Source: Tepidisphaeraceae bacterium
Lineage (GTDB): Bacteria; Planctomycetota; Phycisphaerae; Tepidisphaerales; Tepidisphaeraceae
DNA: 64,000 nt
NCBI GenBank assembly: GCA_036001665.1
Contig: DASYUA010000257.1
Coordinates: 1 to 64,000, forward strand
Direction of reading: 5' to 3'
Each line of letters begins with the position of its first letter. Positions within the stretch are counted from its first letter, which is position 1. Position numbers and translations under genes: made by a program. The notes under the pieces were generated by a model. That model had not been told where the DNA came from, made no database searches, and worked only from the letters and a program-made list of their open reading frames with translations. Shown here piece after piece: positions 9,816 to 19,066 of this stretch.

Positions 9816-10280
9816 ATGTTGGATCTTCGTTCTTATCTCGAGCGCATGGGGGTGCGCTTTATGTGGACCCAGCACGACACCGCCTACACCGCCCAGGACC
9901 TGGCTCACCAGGAGCACGTCTCCGGCGAGCGCGTCGTCAAACCTGTCCTGGTTCAGGCCGACGGCCAGTTCGTTCTCTGCGCCCTCCCGGCCTCGTACTA
10001 CATTGATCTCGAGCAACTCTGCGACGAGCTTCGCGCCAACAACGCCCAGCTCGCGGATGAATCCACGCTCCAAAACCTCTTCTCCGACTGCGAGGTCGGC
10101 GCTGAACCCCCCATCGGCCGCCTGTTCGGCATCCCCACCATTCTGGATGATTCGCTCATCGACGAGCTGGAGCTCACTTTCCAGGCCGGCACTCACCAGG
10201 ATGCCGTCACCATGAGCGCGGCCGACTACATCAAGCTCACCCAACCCATGATTGGCCATTTTGCGCGACATAAACATTAG
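9816..10280 (+). CDS. YbaK/ProX-type aminoacyl-tRNA deacylase-like protein
   Basis: AAGGAGG RBS at 9806; CEVGAEPPIGRLFGIPT core. Confidence 0.6.
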   Translation: MLDLRSYLERMGVRFMWTQHDTAYTAQDLAHQEHVSGERVVKPVLVQADGQFVLCALPASYYIDLEQLCDELRANNAQLADESTLQNLFSDCEVGAEPPIGRLFGIPTILDDSLIDELELTFQAGTHQDAVTMSAADYIKLTQPMIGHFARHKH

Positions 10281-10963
10281 CTGTACGCATGCACTTTCTG
10301 GCAAATCAACCTTAATGATCCTTCCAGATCCCCGCTCGCCGTCTTGAACGCATCCGCATCCACCGTCAACGGCGCCCCCAACACCACCAGCGGCGCACCA
10401 TATTCCGGCGTGCGAATCGCCTGCTCCAAACTCAACCCCCCCACCGCCTGCACTGGAATCTTCACAGCCGCCACCACCTCCCTCAATTTATCCAACGGAC
10501 TGGGCATCTTCCTCCCACTGGCCGCGATCCCGCGGCGCTCATCAAACCCAATATGATGCACGACAAAATCACACCCCAACTGCTCGAGCTGCCTCGCCCC
10601 CTCCACCATATCCGGACACCCCAGATTGTCCCCCATGATCTTGATGCCAAAATCCTTTCCCGCCTTCACGCAACACTTGATCGTCTCCTCGTGCGCTCTT
10701 GCCATCACCACCACATGCGTCGCCCCCGCCCTGGCCATCATCTCCGCCTCCAGATATCCCCCATCCATCGTCTTCAAATCGGCCACAATCGGCGTCCTGG
10801 GAAATCGTTCTCGCAGCGCCTTCACCCCATGCATCCCATGGGCAATGATCAACGGCGTTCCCGCCTCCAGCCAATCCACCCCCGCCCGCATTGCCAGCGC
10901 GGCCGTCGAGAGCGCCTCCTCAATCTCCGTGAGATCCAGCGAAATTTGCACGACCGGTTTCAT
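10277..10963 (-). CDS. 3-hexulose-6-phosphate synthase-like (OMP decarboxylase fold, HxlA family)
   Basis: QISLDL..EAGTPL..ADLKTMDGG..VHHIGFD motifs; ATGA start/stop overlap with the upstream permease gene; GGAG RBS. Confidence 0.75.
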   Translation of the reverse strand: MKPVVQISLDLTEIEEALSTAALAMRAGVDWLEAGTPLIIAHGMHGVKALRERFPRTPIVADLKTMDGGYLEAEMMARAGATHVVVMARAHEETIKCCVKAGKDFGIKIMGDNLGCPDMVEGARQLEQLGCDFVVHHIGFDERRGIAASGRKMPSPLDKLREVVAAVKIPVQAVGGLSLEQAIRTPEYGAPLVVLGAPLTVDADAFKTASGDLEGSLRLICQKVHAYS

Positions 10964-11961
10964 GATGATCCCTTTCTTCTCCCCAGGAACTTTCGCACCA
11001 TTGTCGGCTGCGTCAGCACCAGCATCAAAACAATCACCAGCCCCTGAAGCGCCAGCCCCGTCACCGACGGCACCCGCGCCTCGATCTCCAGCGCAAAGAA
11101 GCACGCCCGCAGCAGCCCGAAGAACAGCGCCGCCGCGATCACCCCTACTGGGTTCAGCCGCCCCAGCAATGCCACCGCGATTCCCGTGAATCCGTACCCC
11201 GAATCCGCATCGCTGAACACCAGCTCGTGGCGCACGCCGGAAATCTCCAACCCCCCGGCCAACCCGGCCAGCGCCCCGCTGAATGCCAGCGTCGCCAGCG
11301 AAACTCTCGGCACGGAGATTCCCGCGAATCGCGCTGCCACCGGATTCTCCCCCACAACCCGCAACCGAAACCCAAACGTCGTCTGCCGCAATATGAACCA
11401 GACCACGGCCGCGGCCAGAATTGCCGCGAAAAAACCCGGCTGCAATCGCATCTCCCCCAGCACTGGAATCTGTGCGCCGGGCAACAGCTCGCGGGTTCGC
11501 ACAATCGCTCCGGGGTCGCGCAGCGGCCCGACAATCAGATATCGCAGCAGCTCGATCACGATGAAATTCAGCAGCAGCGTGCTCAGCACCACCGGCACCT
11601 TCCGCCACCAATCCAGCACCGCCGCGATCATCGCCACCATCGAACCGGCTCCGATTCCGGCGATCAGCAGAGCCGGAATCGTCACCACCGCCGGCGCACC
11701 CAGGAATGCTCCCACAACATTCGCCGCGATCGCGCCGGCCAGATATTGCCCCTGCGCACCGATGTTCCACACCGATGCCCGAAACGCCACCGTCACCGCC
11801 AGACCGGTCAGCAGGATCGGCGTCGCATACTGGAGCACGTTCGCCCACGCCACCAGCCGCAGCGAGGGATTGGGATGCCACAGCACCTTGGTCGCCACCG
11901 CCCTTAGCACCTCCGCGGGCGGATACCCGAGCGCTGCCAGCGCCCCCACGCCGGCCAGCAT
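10960..11961 (-). CDS. ABC transporter permease (sugar/nucleoside BPD_transp_2-type)
   Basis: multi-TM permease; start uncertain because the ORF stays open through the upstream 18-bp tandem array up to 12279. Confidence 0.7.
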   Translation of the reverse strand: MLAGVGALAALGYPPAEVLRAVATKVLWHPNPSLRLVAWANVLQYATPILLTGLAVTVAFRASVWNIGAQGQYLAGAIAANVVGAFLGAPAVVTIPALLIAGIGAGSMVAMIAAVLDWWRKVPVVLSTLLLNFIVIELLRYLIVGPLRDPGAIVRTRELLPGAQIPVLGEMRLQPGFFAAILAAAVVWFILRQTTFGFRLRVVGENPVAARFAGISVPRVSLATLAFSGALAGLAGGLEISGVRHELVFSDADSGYGFTGIAVALLGRLNPVGVIAAALFFGLLRACFFALEIEARVPSVTGLALQGLVIVLMLVLTQPTMVRKFLGRRKGSS

Positions 11962-12082
11962 GCAGATCACCACCGCCAGCAGCGGCGGCAAAAGCGGCCG
12001 CCAGGGCCAGGTGCGCGGCGGCGGTTCGAGGGGGGAAGGGTTGGGCACGTGTGGGCAAGATATGGGCTTGGGGGATGGCGGA

Positions 12083-12227
12083 CAAGAATGTCCGCCCCAC
12101 CAGGAATGTCCGCCCCACCGAGAGTGCCCGCTCCGCCGAGAATGCTCGTTCCCACCGAGAATCTCCACTCCGCCGAGAATGTCCGCTTCGCCAGGAGTGC
12201 CCGCCCCGCCAAGAGTGCCTGCCCCGC
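12083..12227. repeat. 8 tandem copies of an 18-bp unit (consensus CRAGAATGTCCGCCCCGC; one 19-bp copy)
   Basis: read directly; period 18 keeps every frame open, which explains the long spurious ORFs here. Confidence 0.85.
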
Positions 12228-12278
12228 CGCGATCTTGCGTATCCGAGGGGAGGATACGTTTTTGTTCCCGGTTTCGCA

Positions 12279-12309
12279 CAAAACGAAAAAGCCCAGGTGT
12301 TGCCTGGGC
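12279..12309 (-). terminator. rho-independent terminator of the rplM-rpsI transcript
   Basis: minus strand reads GCCCAGG-caaca-CCTGGGC followed by TTTTTCGTTTTG. Confidence 0.7.
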
Positions 12310-12357
12310 CCTTGAGACTGCGGAGATAAATTTCTTCTCGTTTCGTAACCACCTCGT

Positions 12358-12798
12358 TTAGCGCTTCGAGAACTGGAACCTGCGGCGTGCGCCGCGCTGG
12401 CCGTATTTCTTGCGTTCTTTCATTCGCGAATCTCGGGTGAGGAAGCCGGCGTTGCGGAGGGCGACTTCGGAAGCGGGATCGTATTTCATCAATGCCCGGC
12501 CGAGTCCCATGATGACCGCTCCGGCCTGGCCCATGGCGCCGCCGCCGGCGGCGTTCACCCAGATGTCCAGCTTGCCGCCGGTGTTGGTCACTTCCAGCGG
12601 CCCGAAAATCGCCTTGCGGTCGCGCTCGCTGGTGAAGTGCTCATTAATCGTCCGGCCATTGATCTCGATCTTGCCGCTGCCCGGCGCGATGCGCACCCGG
12701 GCCACCGCCGTTTTGCGTCGGCCGGTGCCCCAGACATAGGTGGGCTTGGTCTTGGGTGCTTCCGGTGCTTCAATCGTTGCTGTCGCTTGTTCGGCCAT
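12358..12798 (-). CDS. rpsI: 30S ribosomal protein S9
   Basis: YVWGTGRRKTAVARV..C-terminal GARRRFQFSKR. Confidence 0.9.
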   Translation of the reverse strand: MAEQATATIEAPEAPKTKPTYVWGTGRRKTAVARVRIAPGSGKIEINGRTINEHFTSERDRKAIFGPLEVTNTGGKLDIWVNAAGGGAMGQAGAVIMGLGRALMKYDPASEVALRNAGFLTRDSRMKERKKYGQRGARRRFQFSKR

Positions 12799-12820
12799 TT
12801 TCGTTCTCGTTGATCCTTAA

Positions 12821-13264
12821 TTAGCTTTTCGCCGTCACCAATTCCATCTTCGTCGGCTGCTGCGAAGAGTGCGGATGCTGCTCGCCGCGATAAATCTTCA
12901 GCTTGCCCAGAATGTTTCGGCCCATGCGGCTCTTGGGAAGCATGCGCCGCACCGTCACCTCGATCACCTTCTCGGGCTTGCGGACGATCATGTCTTTGTA
13001 GGTGTACCGATGCAGACCCGACGGATATTTTGAATACGTCTGATACTCCATCGCATCGGCCTTGCGCCCGGTCACTTTCACCTTTTCGGCGTTGATGACG
13101 ATCACAAAATCGCCGGTATCCACGTGCGGGGTGTAGGCGACCTTGTCTTTACCCTGAAGGATCAGCGCGATGCGGGCGGCCATGCGCCCGAGAATCTGGC
13201 CGGATGCATCGATCACGTGCCACTTGCGCTGAATTTCGCCCGGTTTGGGCATGTAAGTGCTCAT
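12821..13264 (-). CDS. rplM: 50S ribosomal protein L13
   Basis: MSTYMPKPGEIQRKWHVIDASGQILGR; Met at 13264; upstream in-frame extension rejected. Confidence 0.9.
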   Translation of the reverse strand: MSTYMPKPGEIQRKWHVIDASGQILGRMAARIALILQGKDKVAYTPHVDTGDFVIVINAEKVKVTGRKADAMEYQTYSKYPSGLHRYTYKDMIVRKPEKVIEVTVRRMLPKSRMGRNILGKLKIYRGEQHPHSSQQPTKMELVTAKS

Positions 13265-13379
13265 CAATTGATCCTTAAAACAACCATGGCCGCAGGAGGG
13301 GACTCCGCGGGGAATCGGGCATTCTAGGGGTGAAGAGGCCCATGTCAAGGTTGGTCCAGCCGTTGGGGACCTGGATTGA

Positions 13380-13943
13380 TCAGGCCTTGAGCATCCCCGC
13401 CTTCTTCGCATACTCGAAAATCCCTCCGGCCTCGATAATCGGCACCACATCCCCCAGCGGATGCAGCGAATGCCGCTGGTTTCGCGTCTTGTTGAGGACA
13501 TATTGCTCGTTCAGGTGCACTTCCAATTCATCCCCGGTCTGGGTTTTGTCAACCAGCCGCTCGGTCGATTCCAGGGGCACCAGATAGCCGCCATTGACCG
13601 AATTGCGGAAGAAAATGCGCGCATAAAACTCCGCGATCACGCACTGAATCCCCGCCTCGGCCAGCGCCAGCGGGGCATGCTCGCGTGATGATCCGCAGCC
13701 AAAATTCTTCCCGCCGACGATGATTTTGTAGTCGCTCTTGAACTCATTCTCGCGCACAAAGCGAATATTCCCCTTCGGCAAACCGGCCTGCGCATCGGGC
13801 ACGCCGGAATTGGCATACATGCCGAAGAATTTCCGCTCGTCGGGAAGCGCTGGGTTCAACGAAAGATACTGCGCGGGGATGATCTGGTCGGTGTCGATGT
13901 TGTCGCCCAGGACATAGACCTTGCCGCTGATGATGGATTGCAT
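13380..13943 (-). CDS. leuD: 3-isopropylmalate dehydratase / aconitase-family small subunit
   Basis: YVLGDNIDTDQIIPA and GGKNFGCGSSREHAP motifs; no large subunit adjacent. Confidence 0.85.
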   Translation of the reverse strand: MQSIISGKVYVLGDNIDTDQIIPAQYLSLNPALPDERKFFGMYANSGVPDAQAGLPKGNIRFVRENEFKSDYKIIVGGKNFGCGSSREHAPLALAEAGIQCVIAEFYARIFFRNSVNGGYLVPLESTERLVDKTQTGDELEVHLNEQYVLNKTRNQRHSLHPLGDVVPIIEAGGIFEYAKKAGMLKA

Positions 13944-14008
13944 TTTCAGGCCTTTCGAAGGTGGAGGATGATAGGGGAATTTAATCATTGAGTCATCTGA
14001 TGATTGAA

Positions 14009-14551
14009 TCATTGAGGAGGAGAAGATGGCGTCAATGTCACGGCTTCTGGCGAGGAGTCGGGGAGGATGAGGGGTTGGTTGGCGGATTTTTTGAGGAGGT
14101 AGTCGCGGAGCTGGTCGAGTTGTTCCTTGGGGATGGGCCAGTCCATGAGGTGCTCGTACTGGGAGCGTTCCTTGTATTCGCAGAGGAAGTATTGCTTGAG
14201 GAATTCGTATTCATCGGTTGGGCCGGCGGGTGGGGTGATGCGGGCGGCGAGGCGGACGATGTTGACGGCGGAACGGAAGGCCGCGCGTTCGGAATTGCTG
14301 GCGAGGTGGCTTTGGAGGGTATCGAGGGCGCTGGCCATCATAAAGCGGAGACGGTCGGCCTGATTTTGCCAGAGGGCCTGGCGCTGGCGATTGAGCTCGG
14401 TCTGGAAGGTGGGGTGATAGAGCCGCCAACGGGTGATGGTGGTGCGGGCGACTTTGATGGCGTCGGCGACCTGCTGGTCGTTGTGGCCGTGGAGGAGTAG
14501 CTGGATGGCGAGGCGTTTGCGGTGCGAAAGTGCATTTTCGTGTTTGTTCAT
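14009..14551 (-). CDS. HTH (sigma-70 region-4 / LuxR-like) domain protein, hypothetical
   Basis: LSHRKRLAIQLLLHGHNDQQVADAIKVARTTITRW helix-turn-helix; start chosen at MNKHEN. Confidence 0.5.
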   Translation of the reverse strand: MNKHENALSHRKRLAIQLLLHGHNDQQVADAIKVARTTITRWRLYHPTFQTELNRQRQALWQNQADRLRFMMASALDTLQSHLASNSERAAFRSAVNIVRLAARITPPAGPTDEYEFLKQYFLCEYKERSQYEHLMDWPIPKEQLDQLRDYLLKKSANQPLILPDSSPEAVTLTPSSPPQ

Positions 14552-14797
14552 TTTGTAGCAATTTTGGCGGGGAGGTGGGTTGTTAGTAGCTGGTACGGCT
14601 GAAGTTGTGTTGTTTGCGATCATGCACGCCTCCTTCTTGAAAAAGTTCCGTTTGGGTCTGCGGTACGCCACGGTTGAGCTTGGGTAGGTTAGCCTGATGT
14701 TAGGTAACTGTCAAGGGGAGTTTTAAGATTTTTAAATGGGGTTGGTGAGGCCTCGAAGGGGCGGCGGAGATGACAGCAGGCGGAAACGACAAAACAA

Positions 14798-14827
14798 GAC
14801 AGGAGCGATCACATGATCGCTCCTGTC
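14798..14827. terminator. perfect 30-bp palindrome GACAGGAGCGATCACATGATCGCTCCTGTC downstream of the minus-strand RTX-like gene
   Basis: read directly; 14-bp perfect arms. Confidence 0.5.
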
Positions 14828-14875
14828 TTTGGCACTGGTCCTCACCACCCCATACAAAACGGGTGGTGCTTGACG

Positions 14876-16123
14876 TCAATACATAATCACATCGCTGGGC
14901 GAATCGTCGGGAACGGTCCCGCTGCCATCATCGATCACAATCTCCTCGCTCGAGGTGTCATCGCCAGTGAGCACATCATCCGGCGGGGCTGCATCGGGAT
15001 TCTCCGGGTCCCACCAGATCGGCAGCATTGTGCCGGCCGGATCGGGGGCGAGGTCGCCGGTGTCGCCGCCCCACCAGGGGTTTTCGTTGAGGCTGCCATC
15101 GTCTTCGGTCCACCAGATGGGCCGGGCGAAGCGGTGGCTCTTTTCGTTCTTGTTGGCGTCGATCATGGTGTCGCCGCCATCGAAGCTGTGGTCGCTGCCG
15201 TTACCGCCGCGGATGCGGTCGCGGCCCTTGCTGCCATCCAGCACATCGCTGCCGCCGCCGCCGCGGACCTTGTCAGCGCCGTCGCCGCCCAACACCGAGT
15301 CGTTGCCGCGGCCGCCGAACAGCTTGTCGTTGCCATCGCCGCCGCTGAGGACATCGTCGCCGGCGTTGCCGCGGAGCTTGTCCTTGCCAGCGCCGCCGCT
15401 GATCAGGTCGTTGCCATCGCCGCCGGAGATCTTGTCATCGCCGTCGCCGCCGTTGAGCTCGGTGGCGATGTCGATTCCGCCGTGGGCCTGCTTGATGCAA
15501 ATGTTATCATCGCCGGCCAGTCCATCGACCTTGATTTTGGTGATGGAGGCGAGCGAGAAGAGCGCGACCGCGCCGTTGACCTTCACGGCCAGTTTGCTGG
15601 TGTCTTTGGCGATGCTGATGCGGATCTTGTCGTCGCCGGCGGTTCCGGTGACGGTGAGGATGCCATCGGTCAGAGTCGGCGCGGGAGCGGGGGTGATGTT
15701 GCTTTCGAGGATGCAGTAGAGAGGATCGCCGGCGTCATCGACCTCGGGGCATGGGGAACTGCCATCGTCGCCGACCATGGTGATTTCCACTTCGCCGTCG
15801 CTGCCGTCAACCACTTCGCCGTCGCCGGCGTCAATCACTTCGCCATCATCGCCGGTCATGGTGAAAATTCGGATTTCACCTTCGCCGTCGGAGGAGACCA
15901 GGTCATCGGCGACTTCGCCGGAATCATCGCCCGCGGCCGCCTCTTTTTCGGCGGTGATGGCGGCAATTTCTTCGTCGGTCAGTTCAGGTGCGCGGTCATC
16001 GGCGCCCTCGACCGCAACGCTGATGGAAAGCAGCCGGCGAGATTCCAGGACCTCGAAGACCGCACGATTAAGGACTTGCCCACTCGTCTCTCCTCGGACG
16101 TACATAGCCCGTGCCTCCGTCAT
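14876..16123 (-). CDS. Ca-binding hemolysin-type (GG-x-G-x-D) repeat protein with N-terminal LESRRLLS module
   Basis: about 12 nonapeptide RTX-like repeats; acidic N-terminal region; C-terminal PIWW motifs. Confidence 0.7.
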   Translation of the reverse strand: MTEARAMYVRGETSGQVLNRAVFEVLESRRLLSISVAVEGADDRAPELTDEEIAAITAEKEAAAGDDSGEVADDLVSSDGEGEIRIFTMTGDDGEVIDAGDGEVVDGSDGEVEITMVGDDGSSPCPEVDDAGDPLYCILESNITPAPAPTLTDGILTVTGTAGDDKIRISIAKDTSKLAVKVNGAVALFSLASITKIKVDGLAGDDNICIKQAHGGIDIATELNGGDGDDKISGGDGNDLISGGAGKDKLRGNAGDDVLSGGDGNDKLFGGRGNDSVLGGDGADKVRGGGGSDVLDGSKGRDRIRGGNGSDHSFDGGDTMIDANKNEKSHRFARPIWWTEDDGSLNENPWWGGDTGDLAPDPAGTMLPIWWDPENPDAAPPDDVLTGDDTSSEEIVIDDGSGTVPDDSPSDVIMY

Positions 16124-16339
16124 AAAACTGGGTTGTGTGCGCTTGACTGACCCTTAAATGGCCCGCCGCCGTTGCGGGGGGACGATAGGGCACTTTTTAT
16201 CAGTCAGGGGGGGTCTCCAGGCGATCGCCACAACCGTAAAGCAGCATAGCACAGGAATTTGCGGATGCCAGCGGTTTGCGGGACGGTTGGGAGGCGATAG
16301 GATGGCCCTGCCAAAAATGCACTGGCAGGCAAGCTGCCA

Positions 16340-16810
16340 GTGGCACATAACAAGCTGTCAGTGGCACAGAAAACGGACCCAAAAGTGAGGATTCTGTATA
16401 TCGATATCGATCCGGCCGTCGGCAGGCAGTACCCGCGGCAGCCGATGCCGGCCAGCTCGATGGCGGAAGTGAAGCGGATGTTTGATGGATACGACAGCGG
16501 CATTCGCTACGCCGATGAGCATGTCGGGAAAATTCTGGCCGCGCTTGCGGATTTGAAAGTGCTGGATGAGATGGCGATTCTCATCCCGGCCGATCGCGGG
16601 GAAGACCTCGGCGAACTGAATGTTTGTGGCGATCATCAGACGGCGGATCAACACACGTGCCGCGTGCCATGCATCTTGAAATGGCCGGGAGTGAAGACGG
16701 GAGTGGATGCGGCATTGCATTATGAGGTGGATGTGAGGGCGACGATTTTGGAGCGATTGAAGAAAACCGGGAGGGGGGATGCGGTGGAAAAACTTTGTCG
16801 AGAATTATAG
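16340..16810 (+). pseudogene. sulfatase C-terminal fragment (remnant gene)
   Basis: FDGYDSGIRYADEHVGKIL..ADRGEDLGE resembles the sulfatase C-terminal region; N-terminal catalytic part absent; no RBS. Confidence 0.5.
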
Positions 16811-16993
16811 ATGGCTCTTCAATAAAAATCTGATACAGTGCCTTTGCTTCATCCGAAGGGGGTTGAGGCGGGTTGAGAGAGAATGCGGCCGCGGCGGGCT
16901 TGCCCCCGCGGCAGGATCTGGCCTGACAACCACGAAGAAAACGGCCTGATCGGCGGCGGGCATTTAACTGTCGTTGGGAGTTTTTGGGAGCAG

Positions 16994-17318
16994 ATCGACG
17001 CGACGCCAGCACTCGATGTCGGACAGGAGCGCCCGGCCCACCTGGTGCAAACGGCAATCATTCATTTTTCAATTCATTCCACGTCGAGCAGCTCTTTTTT
17101 CTCCCGCGACCTGACATTTTGGCGAACGCGAAAAACGCCGGACCTGTGATGGTCACTGGTCTGGCTTGGTCCGTCGCCAGGAGTTTCGGGAGCGAATCGA
17201 CACAAGCCAGCACTCGATGACGGGCAGAAATGTCCGCGCAACCGGTGCACACGGCAGTCATCCATTCTTTTTTCCCGTCGATTGGCTCTGGTTTTCTCCG
17301 GCGACATTTGCGCGCGGA
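16994..17318. repeat. two diverged direct copies (about 130 bp each; 16994-17130 and 17195-17318) of a leader-like segment upstream of the DUF1559 gene
   Basis: shared blocks AATCGAC..GCCAGCACTCGATG..GGTGCA.ACGGCA.TCAT.CATT.TTTT..TTTTCTCCSGCGAC..ACATTTGSCG. Confidence 0.55.
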
Positions 17319-17348
17319 GATTCCGCGCGCGCAGAAAGGAGCGTCTAT

Positions 17349-18239
17349 ATGACGCTGCGCTATTGTCGCCGAGATTCTCGGCATGGTTTTGGATGTACGA
17401 GGGGTTTTACCCTCGTCGAATTGCTCGTGGTGATCGGCATCATTGCGCTGCTGATCAGTATTCTCATGCCCGCGCTCAGTGCCGCCAAGGAACGGGCCAG
17501 CCGCATCAAATGCGCCAGCAACCTGCGTACGATCGGCCAGGGGCTGCTGCTCTATGCGAACGACAACCGCGGCCAATACCCGCGGACGGTTTGCAACAAC
17601 GGGGCCGGCTTTGTTGCATTCACCGGGGCCATTGCGGTCGATCCATTTGGCCCGGGCGGGCCAACGGCCAACGATGTGACGGCGGCGCTCTTCCTGCTGG
17701 TGCGCAACTGCGACATCAACCCGGAGGTGTTCATCTGTCCCTCGAGCAATGCCGAGAGAGACACGCTGGCAAATCAGCCGGCCAACAAGCGGTCGAACTT
17801 CACGGGGCCCAACAACCTCGGCTACTCCTACACCAATCCCTATCCGGCCGATCAGGGGATTGGAATGGGCTACAAGCTGAACGGGAACGTGGCGGCCGAT
17901 TTTGCCATTGCCGCCGATCGCAACGACGGTGAAGCAGCGCTGACGGTCGCTTCCAACTCGGCCGCGTCGGAGCAGAGGAGGCTCAACAGCCGCAATCACG
18001 ACTCGGATGGCCAGAACGTGCTCTTCAACGATGGCCACGTTGATTGGAGCAGCACTTCGTTCGTTGGGGCCAATCGCGATTGCATCTACAGCATCGCCAA
18101 GACCACCGGCACAGCGCCGGCGCCAATTCAGCAGGCCGATCCGGCCGGAAGCGTTTCCTGGCCGACGCTGGCCAGCGCCCAGCCCAAGCTTGATTTGGAT
18201 TCAGTGCTCATCCCGGCGAAAGGAGCGGGATTTCCGTAA
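17349..18239 (+). CDS. DUF1559 protein with prepilin-type N-terminal methylation domain
   Basis: [25 protein letters not shown]; H-x9-DG motif ([15 protein letters not shown]); AAGGAG RBS. Confidence 0.85.
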   Translation: MTLRYCRRDSRHGFGCTRGFTLVELLVVIGIIALLISILMPALSAAKERASRIKCASNLRTIGQGLLLYANDNRGQYPRTVCNNGAGFVAFTGAIAVDPFGPGGPTANDVTAALFLLVRNCDINPEVFICPSSNAERDTLANQPANKRSNFTGPNNLGYSYTNPYPADQGIGMGYKLNGNVAADFAIAADRNDGEAALTVASNSAASEQRRLNSRNHDSDGQNVLFNDGHVDWSSTSFVGANRDCIYSIAKTTGTAPAPIQQADPAGSVSWPTLASAQPKLDLDSVLIPAKGAGFP

Positions 18240-18294
18240 GTCGGGATCGTCTTAAGTAGCGCTAAAGCCAGGACGGCAGTTACTTAGCGCTTCG

Positions 18295-18341
18295 CGCGAC
18301 ACCCGGGCAATGCCAGGGGGGGTTGCCCGGGTGTTGTCGCG
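18295..18341 (+). terminator. long GC hairpin CGCGACACCCGGGCAA..TTGCCCGGGTGTTGTCGCG after the DUF1559 gene
   Basis: 16-bp stem; no T-tract. Confidence 0.45.
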
Positions 18342-18362
18342 GGGCGTGGAATCGATATTCTC

Positions 18363-18632
18363 TTGAATCCCATGACGGTCTACGAGACTACGAACCACAA
18401 TACGATCTATCACTGGGTGACCTCAAACCACCTCTGGCCGGCCTGCGTGCAGGGAAGCCCGGACCGGATACGCATCGGCGGCGATGATTCGGCCAACCCG
18501 GGCGAAGACCTGGAGCCGATTGAGTGGTGGCGCTGGTTCAAGGAGTTTGAAAATCGCCAACTGATGCTGATCTATGATCCGAGCAAGGGCTGGTACACGC
18601 TGGGGAGCCGCAAAGCGCCGACGGGGGCGTAG
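18363..18632 (+). CDS. hypothetical small protein
   Basis: 89-aa ORF followed by hairpin GAGCGCC-cggcgag-aGGCGCTC; no recognisable domain. Confidence 0.3.
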   Translation: MNPMTVYETTNHNTIYHWVTSNHLWPACVQGSPDRIRIGGDDSANPGEDLEPIEWWRWFKEFENRQLMLIYDPSKGWYTLGSRKAPTGA

Positions 18633-19066
18633 CAGGCGATAGGCGCGGGAAAAAAAGAGCGCCCGGCGAGAGGCGCTCTCAATCACATCATCGATTCTTG
18701 TTTGAAGAGGGTTTAGAGATGCTCGGCCACCCTCGATGGCCATGCTTTAATGCAGCAGCGTTGCAACTTTCCCTGTCTGATTTCACTGTTCGATGAATCT
18801 GCTGGCTTTGCTCCGCGGAATCGCGGCCCAGCATGGACAAATTGCCGGAGTTTGAGCGGGCGAATGTTAATGTGAGCCAAATTACAGTGCAATAGAATTT
18901 AGTTTTCGCGCCATTCAAACCGACCAAACCCCTTCCCCAAGCTTCTAAAAGGCTCAAGTTGCGAGAAAACCGCACCGATGGTTAGATGGGAAAGATAGAG
19001 AAGACGCGTAAGCTAGTGAGGGTTCTCTATCTTGAATGGTTGGGGAGACTTGCCAGAGGTTGTCGC

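Noticed and set aside
12083-12227. Tandem 18-bp array considered as a CRISPR array
   Set aside because: Units are contiguous with no unique spacers, are only 18 bp, and no cas genes are present. It is a minisatellite.
10277-12352. 691-aa ORF spanning the HPS-like gene, the permease region and the tandem repeat
   Set aside because: Chimeric read-through frame. The C-terminal 228 aa form a complete HPS-like protein with its own RBS and start. The upstream part is the alternative frame of the permease and the frame-neutral 18-bp repeat.
14813-16150. 445-aa plus-strand ORF opposite the RTX-like gene
   Set aside because: Ala/Val-rich antisense translation of the GG-x-G-x-D repeats. The minus-strand frame carries the recognisable Ca-binding repeats.
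17058-18038. 326-aa minus-strand ORF opposite the DUF1559 gene
   Set aside because: Antisense. The + frame has the prepilin N-terminus, the H-x9-DG motif and an RBS.
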